A stretch of DNA of 64,000 bases, from the NCBI GenBank assembly GCA_026936335.1, contig JAPMXV010000068.1, positions 1-64,000 on the forward strand. Reading direction: 5' to 3'. This document shows positions 53,709-64,000 of this stretch, in pieces (position 1 is the first letter of the stretch; each line of letters begins with the position of its first letter). The stretch comes from Mantamonas sphyraenae STR306 (taxonomy: Eukaryota; Protista; CRuMs). A program made the position numbers and the translations under genes. The notes beneath the pieces are model-generated. The model was given only the letters and a program-made list of their open reading frames with translations, did not search any database and had not been told where the DNA came from.

Positions 53709-55018
53709 ATGCACCGCCCGCCACGGAACAAGTCCTTTGGCAACCTCCGCTTTGCGGCATCACGCCGTTCCATCGACCTCTCTGCCGTGTCCGAGGCCAG
53801 TGCAGCCGATGCTGCTCTCCTTGCCAGCATCAAGGGCAACACTCAACCCGAACCCAGCACCTCCCCGTCCCGAACCGTGGACTCCTCTCCCGAGAACCAC
53901 CTCCTCGACACAGACCAAGCAGACTCTTCCCTGGGCTCCATCCACTCCAGTGGAAGCTCTGGTGAGGCCACAGCGCCCTCCACTGCCGCTTCGGGCGCCT
54001 CCACAGCGACAGCTTCCCGTGGCCTCCTTCGCAGCAACCGCGTCTCCTTCCACTCCCTCACCTCCCTGGCTGCCCACCGTGAGTCTGCCGCCATGTCCAG
54101 GGATGCGTTTGAGCGTGCCTACACAGGTGCACACCCGTCCGACTCCCATGGTGTGCGCACCGTCGCCGAAGGTGCTTCCTCGTTGTCCTCCACCGCAGCC
54201 TCCACTGCCCCGTCCGCCATGCCCGACACAAAAACTGCCGGTCCCACCATTCGCCTGCAGCCTGCCACCCCTGCCTCCAGCGCATTGGCCTCCTCCACCG
54301 CTTCCTCTGCCTCAGCCCACGACGCCGGCAACGCCTCCGCAGCTGGAATTTCCACCTCCATTCCTGCGTCCCTGTACACGTCCGCCGCCTTTGCCGGTGC
54401 ACACTCCCACCCGTCGGTGTCCTCCAACGAACTGCATCTTCCCAATAGCAGCGAGATGTTTGGCTTTGCCACGTGGATCCTCTCTGCCGTCGCCTATGGT
54501 GAGTCACGCTGCCGCTGGAGAAGATCCCCCCCCCGCAGGCCTCCTTTTTGTCAGCCGCGAACTAACAATCCCTCACGTGCACTCTGTCCACAGCTCTGTA
54601 CATTCTCTGGGCCTACTTGCCCACAGACACCCTCAACAGCCTCTCTATTCATTATTATCCGGACAAGTGGTGGGCCATTGCCTTTCCGTGCTACCTCTGC
54701 GTCTGCTACCTCTTCAGCACCATCTTCTACATAGGCATCTGCATGCTCACCACGGAGCCCCTCGATTCCATCCACTCCATCACCGACGAGTACGCGCGCG
54801 CAGGCGTCGCCGAACCCGCTCTGAAAACAGAAAAGCGCATCAAACCCATCGCCGATCTGCCCATCGCAACCATCAACGAAGTCCTCTACCTCAAGAAGCG
54901 CAAAAAGCGCCGCCCCACAAAGTTTGCCCTCAGTGCTGCCTCTTCGGGAACCGCCACTCCTGCGGCCGGCATGTCCCGTTCCGTTTCTTTGCAGACAATC
55001 AGCGCCCACCTGCGATGA
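53709..55018 (+). CDS. PIGP: GPI-GlcNAc transferase subunit PIG-P/Gpi19 with long Ser/Ala-rich N-terminal extension
   Basis: EMFGFATWI..^LYILWAYLP...YYPDKWWAIAFP...ITDEYA...IADLPIATINEVLY; intron 54499-54593. Confidence 0.9.
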
Positions 55019-55112
55019 CGAGCAGCTGCACCAGCCAACATGAAACGCCACCTCGTTTGCTTTCTCATGCGCTCATCGTTTGCTTTCATTCATTGCGTCA
55101 TTCAGCTATTGA

Positions 55113-56269
55113 TTACTTGATGATGGTGTCGTTCTCTGCGGCCACACTCACGGGCCCAGCACTGGTCACCAAATCAAACTGCTTGTTGTAGTTGGCATGG
55201 CCGTTCTGTACCGTCAGCAGAGGCAACACCTTTTCCCAGTGCTTCTTGGACAGCGTCTTGTTCGGCGACTCGGACGCGCTCTTGCCCTCCAGAAACACGC
55301 GCTCGCCAATGGCCGACCCTGCAGCAGGACGCAGCACCGCAACCTCCTTGTTGTTCTCGTCCACTGCCTTCTCCGATGCCATGATCATGGCCTGCGAGTC
55401 CACACCGCGCAGCTTCAGCGCCTTCAGGTTTGTGATCACCACCACGCTCGTCTCCAGCAGCTCCTCCACAGCCACAAACTTGCGCAGTCCAGCGCACACC
55501 TGGCGTGTCTCGTCGTTGCCCACGTCCACTTGGCACACGTACAAAAACTCGCTCTCCGGGTGCTCCTTCACCTCCTTCACAAAGCCCACCTGGATCTTTG
55601 CCTTGTCGAAAAACTCCACCGGCTCAAACTCGCCTCCACCGCCACCTCCACCACCTCCCTTCTTGCTCTTCTTCTCCCCCTTGTCCTTCTTGCCCTCGCC
55701 ACCCTTCTTTCCCTGTCCCTTGCCCTCTCCATCGCCGCCGTTGCTGCTGCTCTTGCTGCTGCTGCTTCCTCCGTCCTTCTTGGCAAAGATCAGCTGCGAC
55801 ACGTCCAGCTCGATGGGAATCTTTTGCTGGCCGTCCTTAAACTCACACAACGGGCAGTACTGCTCAAACGGCTTTGTCATCTTGTACGTGCAGCCCTCTG
55901 TCACATTGCATCGCACCTGAGCACACGCCACAAAGAAAAAACATGGAGGCCGTGATTCGCCGAATGCGCATCTGCCGCGTCAGCCTCTGCCTGCACCTCT
56001 CCACACACGCAGCACCACACACGCCGCCCCAATGCCCTACTTTGTACACGTTGGACGACTTTTGAAAGTCTCGTCCCGCCCAAAAGTCGTCTGCGTCCAC
56101 GTTGGACGGCTGAACGCCAAGCTCCGCTTCCGTCTTTGCCACCAGCGCATCCAGTGCCGTTGAGGTCGATTCTGTGCCACGCGAACGTGTGTCAGCACAC
56201 ACGCAGCACCGCACACGTCCCCTTTCCCATCTTCCTGCCCTCCGTCTGCAACCCACCAAACTGCGCCAT
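55113..56269 (-). CDS. EMAPII/Arc1p/AIMP1-type tRNA-binding OB-fold protein with N-terminal C4 Zn-ribbon-like motif, 3 exons
   Basis: [33 protein letters not shown]...[16 protein letters not shown]; inferred introns 56256-56172 and 56040-55917. Confidence 0.85.
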
Positions 56270-56339
56270 GTTGTTCCTGTTTCTGTGCATCCAACTGCGC
56301 AACCGCCTGCTCGCTGCGCTCGCCCAGCCACACACCACC

Positions 56340-57013
56340 ATGCAGAACGCCAAAGGATCCCTGCTGCCCCTGGGTACGTGCACCTGCGACAACCACACCT
56401 CTGTGTTTCTCTTGCTACCCATCACCCCGTGTCATGCCCACTCACTGTGCCGCTGTTTGCCGCCGTTGTGCTCACCCTCCGCGCGTTCCCACGCACCCGT
56501 CCGCTCCGCCCCCCGCTCTCCCCACACCCTGCCCGTGGCCAACACACCCACAGAACTCGTGGACAAGTGCATTGGCTCCTCCGTGTGGGTCATCATGAAG
56601 GATGACGTCGAATTCGCAGGCACCCTCCTCGGCTTCGACAACTACGTCAGTGCGTTGCTTCCATGCATTCCCTTTGGCCTGCCCCTCCTGCCTCTGCTCA
56701 CCTCCACGCCTCTGTGACCCACGTATCATCTCCCACCATGCCCCAGATGTTGTCCTCGAGAATGTCACCGAGTTGTACGTGTCCACATGCCCCTGGCTGT
56801 ACCGACCGAATCCTCCCCACCCTACCACCCTCCTCCCTCTCTAACCCGCCCCCTTTGCCCTCCCCCTTTCACAGCGTCCGCGGTCTTGATGGCGAACAAA
56901 AGACAAACAAGCTCGACAGCATCCTGCTCAACGGCAACAACATCGCTGTCCTCGTCCCGGGAAGCGAGGGCCCGCAGACCCAGCAGACAGACCTCTCCAA
57001 CAGTGACGAATGA
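56340..57013 (+). CDS. LSM5: U6 snRNA-associated Sm-like protein LSm5, 4 exons
   Basis: LLPL^[27 protein letters not shown]^[10 protein letters not shown]^...[17 protein letters not shown]. Confidence 0.95.
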
Positions 57014-57067
57014 GTCATCCCCCACCCCATTGATAGCACACATACAACCAACACATTCTCTGCATTT

Positions 57068-60000
57068 TCATCCTCGCATCTCGTCTTCCAGTTCACGCAT
57101 CAACGCTCGCCAATCCGCAAACCCGTCTGCCACATCCTGGATCTGCCTAATCAGCTTGGCGATGTCACTGCCCGAGCTGCGGTCTGCCACGCTAGCTGCG
57201 CCACGCACACGTGCCACCTCCACCCGCAGTTGTTCCAGCGTGCTCCCTGCCTCCTGAACCTTCCGCGCCGTCTGCTGAAGCCACACCCTGCTTGCTCCCT
57301 GTTCTCCCATCACCACAACCATCTCCTGCACCTCCTCCAGCTGGTTCTCGCTCTGTTCTTCCGATGTCGCCAGCGACTGCAACAGGAAGCCCACGTTCGA
57401 CGCCACCTCTGGCGACCACGCACTCACACGGCTTCCGCTTCCGCTCCCGCCCCCGCCCCTGCTTCCACTTCCACTTCCTCGGCTTCCTCCGCTCGCCAGT
57501 GACGTCCCACTCACATCCAGATGCGACATGCTGCTTTCCACCTCCACCTTTTCACGCAGCACCTCCGCACGCAGTCGATCCAGCTCCAGCTCCTTCTTCT
57601 CGTACGCATTAGCCATCCGTGTCGTCTTCAGTTCCATCTCCTCCTCCAGCAGCGCCTTGCGTCGCTCAAATTCCTCCTCCAGCTCCTTCCTGCGTCGACG
57701 CAAGTCGCTCTGCAGTGCCTGCGACGCCGCCGTTTCCCGCGTCGCCTCTGCCCTGCTCCGTGCCAGCGACTCTTCCAACTCCGTCTTCTTGCCCTTCACC
57801 TCCCGGTACTCCATTTCCAGTCGGTTGCGCTGACGCTCCAGTTCTGCCATCAGCGCACGCACCTCCTCCTTTTTCGCCTCTGGGATGCTGCTGCTCCGTT
57901 CCACCTCCAGCTGCAATGCCTGCTTCGCGTTCTCCAGCTTGACCCATTCCAGCTGCGAGCTCTTTTCCCGTTCCTCCACCGCCGCCAGCCGCTTCTCCAC
58001 CGCCGATCGCGTCAGCTCCATGGCTCGCTTTTCCTCCGCAAGCTCCCGTTCCAGCTGCCTGTTCTTTGCGTACACCTCCTCCACACGCGCCGCCTCCTTC
58101 TTCAGCTCATTTTCCCGTGTGCTCACGTATGCATACGACTCCCGCTTGCTCGTGTCCAGCTCAGACATCGTTTCCGACACCGTCTCCTCCATCGTTCGCA
58201 GGTGCGCCTCACGTTCATCAAACTCGGCCTGTTTCTCCCGGAACTGCCGTGTCATCTCTTCGCGCATCTTGCTCAGTTCCACCACCTGTGCCTGGTTCTC
58301 CTCCCGAGTCGCACGCACCTCCTCCAGCGCCGCCTCGGCTTCCTTCACGCGCGCTGCCGACTTGGCTTTGGTCTCCTCCATTTCCGCCTTCATCGCCTTC
58401 TCCTTCGCCTGGAGCGCACGTCGCATGTTGGCTTCCTCCTCCCGCAGCTCCGCTTGACGCCGCTCCACCGCCGCTTCCAGTCGCCTCACGCGTTCCTCCA
58501 CTCCTGTCGCCTCTTCCAGCTTTGTCTCATGCGTTCGCTTCTGTTGGTCCACCGCACGTTCCTCGTCAGCCACCTTGCGCAAGCGTTCCTTTACCTCCGC
58601 CTCACGCGCAGCCAACACTTGCCTTTGCTGTTCCATGCCCTCTTTCCACTCCGCCACCTGCGTCTGCGCAGTCTTGGCCTTCTCTTCGCGCTCAGACAGC
58701 TCGTCTTCCCACTTTTGCAGGTCGGCATACCGCACCTCGTACTTGGCCATCGCATCTGCCAGCGCCTGCTGTGCCTTTTCCAGCCTCACGTCCCGTTGGT
58801 ACATCTCCTCTTTCAGCTGCATCAGCTGCCTCTCCTTCTCCAGCACCGCGCTTTCCGACTGACGGCATGCGCTCACCTGCTTGTCGTACGCTTCCTGAAG
58901 CAGAGAGATCTGCACCAGCTTTTCGCTGTGGGTCCGCAGCAGGCTTTCGTGTTCTTCCGCCACACGCTCCGTCTCTGCGTGCGATCGCTCGAGCGCCGCC
59001 TGCAGCTCCTGTGTGCCCACGTCCGCCCCCTGCTGCTGATGCGATAGATTCGCCTCCCACTGTTCCAGTTTTGCCACGCGCTCGCTGTACTCCCGCTCCT
59101 GCTGGTTGCGCTTGTGCTCCCATGCCTCCTTGTCCAACGTAAATTGTTGCCCTTCACGAGCCGCACGATGCTCCGCGCGCTCCACGCTCTCTGCTCGCTC
59201 GTTCAACTCCCTGTTCTTGCTCATGTACTCGCTCTGGAACTGCTGCATCGCGTTCTTCTCTGCACGGAACTCGCTCGTCTGCTTGTCGATGCTCTCCTGC
59301 TGCGCTTGCAACTCCTTACGCAGCATATCCAACCCTCGCTTCTCCTCCTTCAACTCCACTTGCATCTCCTTCAGGTTGCCCTCTTGCTCTGCCACCGCGG
59401 CCAGGCGCACCGTCGCCTGTTCTTCCCTCCGTATCAGATCGCTCTCCCGCACGCTCATCTCCGACGTCGTGTTCATCAGTTGGCTCATCTGTGCGTTCTG
59501 TGCGTTCTTCACCTCCTCCTCACGCATGCTCACCTGACTCACGAGCTCCGACGCCTGCTGCTCACGCATTCGCAATTCCATCTCCCGTTCCGCGAGCGCA
59601 CGCGCCTGTTCCTCCACCTCCGCCCGCTCCATTTGCATTGCCGCCACCCACCGCTGCATCCCTTCCTTGTCCTCCGCCAGTTCCTTTTGCGCACGCTCCA
59701 GCGTCGCACGCTCCTCTCGCACAGCCGCCCGTTCCCGTTCCACCTCGGCGTGCACGCGTCGCTGCACACTTTGCATCTTTTCGCCCAGCTCCTGTCTCTC
59801 CCGCAGCGCCTCCTCCTGCACACGGGTCACACGCTCCTCCATCTCCGCAACCTCGGCCCGTCTCTTTTCCAGCATACTCAGCTCCTTGCGCTCCAACTCC
59901 ACCGCGTGCTTTGCCTCACGCACCTCTTCCTCACGCGCCTGCACAGCCGCTTCCAGCGCTTCGGCCTTTTCCGCTTGCGCCGCCGTCTCCTCGGCTTTGG

Positions 60001-63000
60001 CCGCGTGCATCTGCTTCTGCAGCTCCAGCGCGTTGCGTTCCCCTTGCAGCTGCTTGCGCATCCGTTCCGCAGCCTCCTGCGCCTCTTGCACCTGCTGTGC
60101 ACGTTCGTCAGCCTCGCGCACCTTCTTTTCCAGCTCCTTTTGGGCCGCCTGAACTGCCTCCTCACGCAGCGCCACATCCGTGCTCTTCGCCTCCAGCTCC
60201 TCTTCCCGCTGTCGCAGCGCTTCCGCTTCGGCCACCACACCTGCATGCTTGCTTTCCAGCTTGCGGCTCGACGCCTCCAGATCCGTTTGCAACGCGGCCA
60301 TCTTCGTTTCAAATTCGTCCTGTTGCGCCTGCCTCGCCGACAGCATCTTTTCCCACTTGCCGATCTTTTCGATCTGCTGCATCGATTCGCTGCTCGCCTG
60401 CGCCACCTTGGCCCTCTCCTGCGCAAGCTCTTCCTGCGCCGCCTTGAGCGCCTTGGCTTCCTTTGCCACACGTACTTTTTCCTCGTCCACACCTCCAGCT
60501 GCCTCTTGCACGATTTTCTTTTGCTTCATCACCTCTCGGATCTGCTCCTCCACACGCTCCAGCTCCGAGCGTCGTCGCTCTTCCAACGCTGCGATTTCAT
60601 CCGCTCGCTTCTGCAGCTCCTTGCGCTGCCGTGCCAGTTCGTTCTCCACGGCCGCCGAGGCCTCTGCCCGCTCCTCCAGCTCCTGGCGCAGCTTGCGCGA
60701 CGCTTCGTTTGCCTTTGCACGCTCCTCCACCACTGCGTGGTGCTCTTCTTCCATCTGTCGCTGCTGTGCCTCCAGCGTCGCTTGTGCCTGCCGGTACTCC
60801 TGCTCACGCGTGCGCTTCAGTTCATCCAGGTGTTCCCGCTCTTCGCTGGCCTTGCGTGCCAGTTCGCTGCGACCCCTATCCAGCTCCTGCCTGTCCTTTG
60901 CCAACTCCTCCTGCATCGCTTCCACCTCTGACCGCAGCACCGTCAGCTCTCGCTTCTCTCGCGCGCTCGTCGACTCCCATCGCACCTTGCCCTCTGCAAA
61001 CTTGCGCATCTCCTCGTCAAGGGTGCGCATTTCGTTGTCCAGCTCTGCAATGCGAGCTCTCTCCGATGCCACAGCTGCTTCCCGCCTGTCCAACTCCTCC
61101 GCCCTCTCTTGCAGCAGCCGACGCTCCTTGTCAAACTGCTTCGCTCGCTGTGCCAGGTCCTTCATCTCGTTTTCCCGTCTGTCCACCGCCGCCTCCCGCT
61201 CATCCAATGCCGCTTCCTTGCTTGCCACTGTTTCCTCGCGCTGTGCCACCTGCGCTGTCCTCTTTTCCAGATCACCCTGCTGCAAGTTGATCTGACCCGC
61301 CTGGATTTCCACTTCCCGCGCCTGGCTGCTTACCAGCGCGCTCTGTGCCTCCAGGTCACTTTGTCGCTTCTCCAACGTGCGCTGTGCATCCTTGAGCTCC
61401 TCCTGGCGCAACGCATACTCTTTCTCCAGGTTTGCGCTGCTGGCCAGCTGCACCTGCAACTCTGCCTCCTGCGCGGTCAACTCGGCTTCCTTGTCGCGCA
61501 GCCGCTGCTCCCACTGTTTCGTTTCGCTGTAGTACGACTGCATCGAGCCACGGCTCACCTCCATGGCACTCTCCGCGCTGGCCAGCTCGTCTTCCTTGCT
61601 CTTCAGATTGGTCAATTCCCGCTTCAGTTCGTCTTTCAGCTTGACCAGCTGCTCCTCTCGCTCGTCCAGGGCCGCCTTCCACTTTTCGTTCTGTGCCCGG
61701 TTGCGTTCCACCGTCTCCTTCTCCCTGCCCAGATGCTTCAACTCCGCCTCCTCTGCCCTCAGTCTCGCTTCGTCGGCCACTACCCGTTGCTCTCGCACGC
61801 TCAGCTCTGCCTCCAGCTCCATCACAGCCTGGCGTCGCTCCTTCAACAATGTCTCGGATGTTGCATACTCTGTGCGCAGCTCGGCCAGTTCCTGGCGCGT
61901 CTTGTTGAGCGCCTGCTTGCACTGGCGCTCTTCAGCCTCTGCCGCCTCGCGTGCACTCGTCTGCTCGCGGAGTTCCTCTCGCAGCTTCGCCACCTGTGTC
62001 TGAGCCTGGCTCAGGTCGCTCCGCACCTGTTCGTACTGACCCACCGCGCTTGTCTGGGCCTTGGCTGACAACAACGCCTGTTTCTCCAGCAGCGCCTCTT
62101 CACGCTGCTGCATGTCTCCCGCCTGCTTTTCCATGGCACGCTGCTTTTCCTCCACTTGCTTCTGCCACGTCATTTGCTGCCGCTCAAAGTCCACCTTGGC
62201 ACGCAGCAGCTCGTTTTCTCGAGCTTCGATGGCGGCTTCTTGACGAGCCACCTGTGCTTTCAGCGTTGCTTCACGCACCTGTGCTTCTCGTCTGCGCACA
62301 CTCGCCGCGCGTGCACTTTGTGCATCTCTTGCATCGTCCTGTTCCTCTCGCAGCCGCTCTGCGACCGTCTGCTGTGTCGTGTGCGCCGTGTTGTGTGAGA
62401 CACCAAACGGTCTGCGCGCCGTCGACTTTGCTGCCCCACCCGCTCTGCCCTCGCTTACCTTGACGCCACCACGTGGGCCAGGTGTGTACAAATGCGACTC
62501 TGATGCACCCTGGCTGCTCCTGCGTTCTGCCCGTGTGTCTGTCTCGGCTGTGTTGCGGCCCGCGTCGCTTTGCTCCTCGCGCGCATTTCCAGAAGCGCCG
62601 AAACTCGCCTGCAGCCGGTTCAGATGTTCTTCCAGCTGCCGCACCGCGTTGGATCGGTTGGGTACATACACATTGGTCCCTGCCCCGCCGCCTGACGACG
62701 GGCTGCTTGCCTGCAGGTCTTGCCACTGCACACCCAGCTCGCCGCGTGTCAATGCCGAGTCGTAGCGCAGCTCAAACCCGCTCCCTGCATCGCCATGGCT
62801 CGTGCCGCTGTCACTCTCGGCATTCTCCTGTGTCTCTGCCTCCCCCTGCGTCTCGGAGGAGGAGGTCGTTGTGCTTGTGCTCACGCCCATGCTCTGCAGA
62901 AGCTCTTCCAGCTTGCTGGTGTCAAATCGGCCCCCGCCTCCACCCAAGCTCGAGCTGAAGGGCGCCGTGCCTCGCGCAGGCGATCGCGACGCAGTCACAG

Positions 63001-63112
63001 ATCCGCCCAGGGTGTTGTTTGTGCCTGTCACGGGCGTCGACATGGCCATATCGCTTCCGCTGCTACCGTACATGCCTCGTCGAGGAGGTTTGCGTGTCAC
63101 CGAACGCTGCAT
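57068..63112 (-). CDS. Giant intronless coiled-coil protein (~2010 aa) with disordered head and helical tail
   Basis: About 1,600 aa of E/K/Q/R/A heptads; start MQRSVTRK assumed, although the ORF extends upstream to 63247. Confidence 0.85.
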   Translation of the reverse strand: MQRSVTRKPPRRGMYGSSGSDMAMSTPVTGTNNTLGGSVTASRSPARGTAPFSSSLGGGGGRFDTSKLEELLQSMGVSTSTTTSSSETQGEAETQENAESDSGTSHGDAGSGFELRYDSALTRGELGVQWQDLQASSPSSGGGAGTNVYVPNRSNAVRQLEEHLNRLQASFGASGNAREEQSDAGRNTAETDTRAERRSSQGASESHLYTPGPRGGVKVSEGRAGGAAKSTARRPFGVSHNTAHTTQQTVAERLREEQDDARDAQSARAASVRRREAQVREATLKAQVARQEAAIEARENELLRAKVDFERQQMTWQKQVEEKQRAMEKQAGDMQQREEALLEKQALLSAKAQTSAVGQYEQVRSDLSQAQTQVAKLREELREQTSAREAAEAEERQCKQALNKTRQELAELRTEYATSETLLKERRQAVMELEAELSVREQRVVADEARLRAEEAELKHLGREKETVERNRAQNEKWKAALDEREEQLVKLKDELKRELTNLKSKEDELASAESAMEVSRGSMQSYYSETKQWEQRLRDKEAELTAQEAELQVQLASSANLEKEYALRQEELKDAQRTLEKRQSDLEAQSALVSSQAREVEIQAGQINLQQGDLEKRTAQVAQREETVASKEAALDEREAAVDRRENEMKDLAQRAKQFDKERRLLQERAEELDRREAAVASERARIAELDNEMRTLDEEMRKFAEGKVRWESTSAREKRELTVLRSEVEAMQEELAKDRQELDRGRSELARKASEEREHLDELKRTREQEYRQAQATLEAQQRQMEEEHHAVVEERAKANEASRKLRQELEERAEASAAVENELARQRKELQKRADEIAALEERRRSELERVEEQIREVMKQKKIVQEAAGGVDEEKVRVAKEAKALKAAQEELAQERAKVAQASSESMQQIEKIGKWEKMLSARQAQQDEFETKMAALQTDLEASSRKLESKHAGVVAEAEALRQREEELEAKSTDVALREEAVQAAQKELEKKVREADERAQQVQEAQEAAERMRKQLQGERNALELQKQMHAAKAEETAAQAEKAEALEAAVQAREEEVREAKHAVELERKELSMLEKRRAEVAEMEERVTRVQEEALRERQELGEKMQSVQRRVHAEVERERAAVREERATLERAQKELAEDKEGMQRWVAAMQMERAEVEEQARALAEREMELRMREQQASELVSQVSMREEEVKNAQNAQMSQLMNTTSEMSVRESDLIRREEQATVRLAAVAEQEGNLKEMQVELKEEKRGLDMLRKELQAQQESIDKQTSEFRAEKNAMQQFQSEYMSKNRELNERAESVERAEHRAAREGQQFTLDKEAWEHKRNQQEREYSERVAKLEQWEANLSHQQQGADVGTQELQAALERSHAETERVAEEHESLLRTHSEKLVQISLLQEAYDKQVSACRQSESAVLEKERQLMQLKEEMYQRDVRLEKAQQALADAMAKYEVRYADLQKWEDELSEREEKAKTAQTQVAEWKEGMEQQRQVLAAREAEVKERLRKVADEERAVDQQKRTHETKLEEATGVEERVRRLEAAVERRQAELREEEANMRRALQAKEKAMKAEMEETKAKSAARVKEAEAALEEVRATREENQAQVVELSKMREEMTRQFREKQAEFDEREAHLRTMEETVSETMSELDTSKRESYAYVSTRENELKKEAARVEEVYAKNRQLERELAEEKRAMELTRSAVEKRLAAVEEREKSSQLEWVKLENAKQALQLEVERSSSIPEAKKEEVRALMAELERQRNRLEMEYREVKGKKTELEESLARSRAEATRETAASQALQSDLRRRRKELEEEFERRKALLEEEMELKTTRMANAYEKKELELDRLRAEVLREKVEVESSMSHLDVSGTSLASGGSRGSGSGSRGGGGSGSGSRVSAWSPEVASNVGFLLQSLATSEEQSENQLEEVQEMVVVMGEQGASRVWLQQTARKVQEAGSTLEQLRVEVARVRGAASVADRSSGSDIAKLIRQIQDVADGFADWRALMRELEDEMRG

Positions 63113-63262
63113 CGTCCTCGTCGTTGTCTTGATCGAAACTGCGCACACAGAAAACAACCATGAGCACACCGTTTGTCTCTTTTGCTGCTCTCCATGTCGA
63201 TGTGAGTGTGTGTGACGAGCGAGCACGTCCCGCCCATGCTCACCCAACCTGGAGAGAAAGCG

Positions 63263-64000
63263 ATGCCCAAGAGCGTTTACAGCGTTTCAGCCTATTCTGC
63301 CATCACCACCGGCGAGGACGAGCACGTGGCGTCCACCGAAATGGGCGTGCGTGTCAAAACCATGTTCCCGCACTCCCGCTTCCCGCTGGTCATCTCCCCG
63401 CTGCCGGGACACGACAACAGCCGCGAGTTTCTCGTCAACTGGATTGAGGAGAACCGCGAGTGGATCAACGGCCAGCACGACAAGCACGGCAAGCTCGTCG
63501 AGCCGGGCATGTTCCACGAACACGGCGCCATCCTCTTCCGCGGCTGGGCCATCGATGAGGCGTCCGATTTCGAGAGCGTATGTTTGCCGCCCGCCTGTGT
63601 CCCGAGGCCCTTTTCCAGTTCCCGCCAAAAATTAGGCCCAATTCTTTTTTTTTGACGTTTCGCCGCCTTTCGCTCACCCTGCCCGCACTGCCCTGGCTGC
63701 CCTTTGCCTCTTGCCGTCCCCGCCCACAGGTTGCCCTCACTCTGGACAGCGGTCTCAAGAACAAGTACCTGGGCACGTCGCCTCGCAACTGCGTCCCGGG
63801 CACAAACTTTGTCTTTACGGCGTCCGAGGTGGGTTCCCTCTTTTCCTCCCTCCACCTTGCCGCGTTTGCGCCTGCACACCTCTGCACAGCATGCACACGC
63901 TACGCGCTACACACACACACACTGTGCGTCTTGCACTCGCTCCACTCGCTGCATCATTGCTCTCGCTGACACTCGCCTCGCCCCTCTGGGCGTGTGTTTA
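63263..64000 (+). CDS. TauD/TfdA-family (SyrP/clavaminate-synthase-like) 2OG-Fe(II) dioxygenase, truncated by window end
   Basis: FPLVISP, HGAILFRGW, YLGTSPR, VFTASE; introns start at 63578 and 63829; true start uncertain. Confidence 0.8.

Overview
Left end of a eukaryotic chromosome: a (CCCTAA)n telomere at 1-163, then a very gene-dense, GC-rich arm of a flagellated protist. I can model about 24 protein-coding genes with short spliceosomal introns and the standard genetic code, and intergenic gaps are mostly under 100 nt. Recognisable genes are NCBP2/CBP20, an NWE-motif ciliary inner protein, a TPR protein, a SLC30A9-type CDF transporter, HYOU1/GRP170, DCAF1, a class-IV aminotransferase-like protein, GSK3, UBA52, NAA10, PIG-P, LSM5, an EMAPII-type tRNA-binding protein and a TauD-like dioxygenase. 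Main points of interest: (1) a ~5,970-aa single-chain receptor at 20840-39366 with an EPN/WND C-type lectin, LamG/pentraxin domains, ~30 Ig-like repeats, a Cys-rich region, a ~9-TM TRP-like module and a cytoplasmic RGS-like domain, interrupted by one apparent 1-nt frameshift; (2) an IRBIT/AHCYL-type SAH-hydrolase paralogue with the Ser-rich regulatory N-terminus and a half-degenerated active site; (3) an Spc19 (Dam1 complex) homologue with a long extension; (4) a telomere-adjacent orphan built from four copies of a ~190-aa HTH-like domain; (5) RING-TRAF-UBR E3 paralogues; (6) near-constant 70-81 nt ATG-to-ATG spacing of divergent gene pairs, and a C/G skew that depends on position rather than gene direction. 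All gene models and homologies were made by eye; no searches were run.
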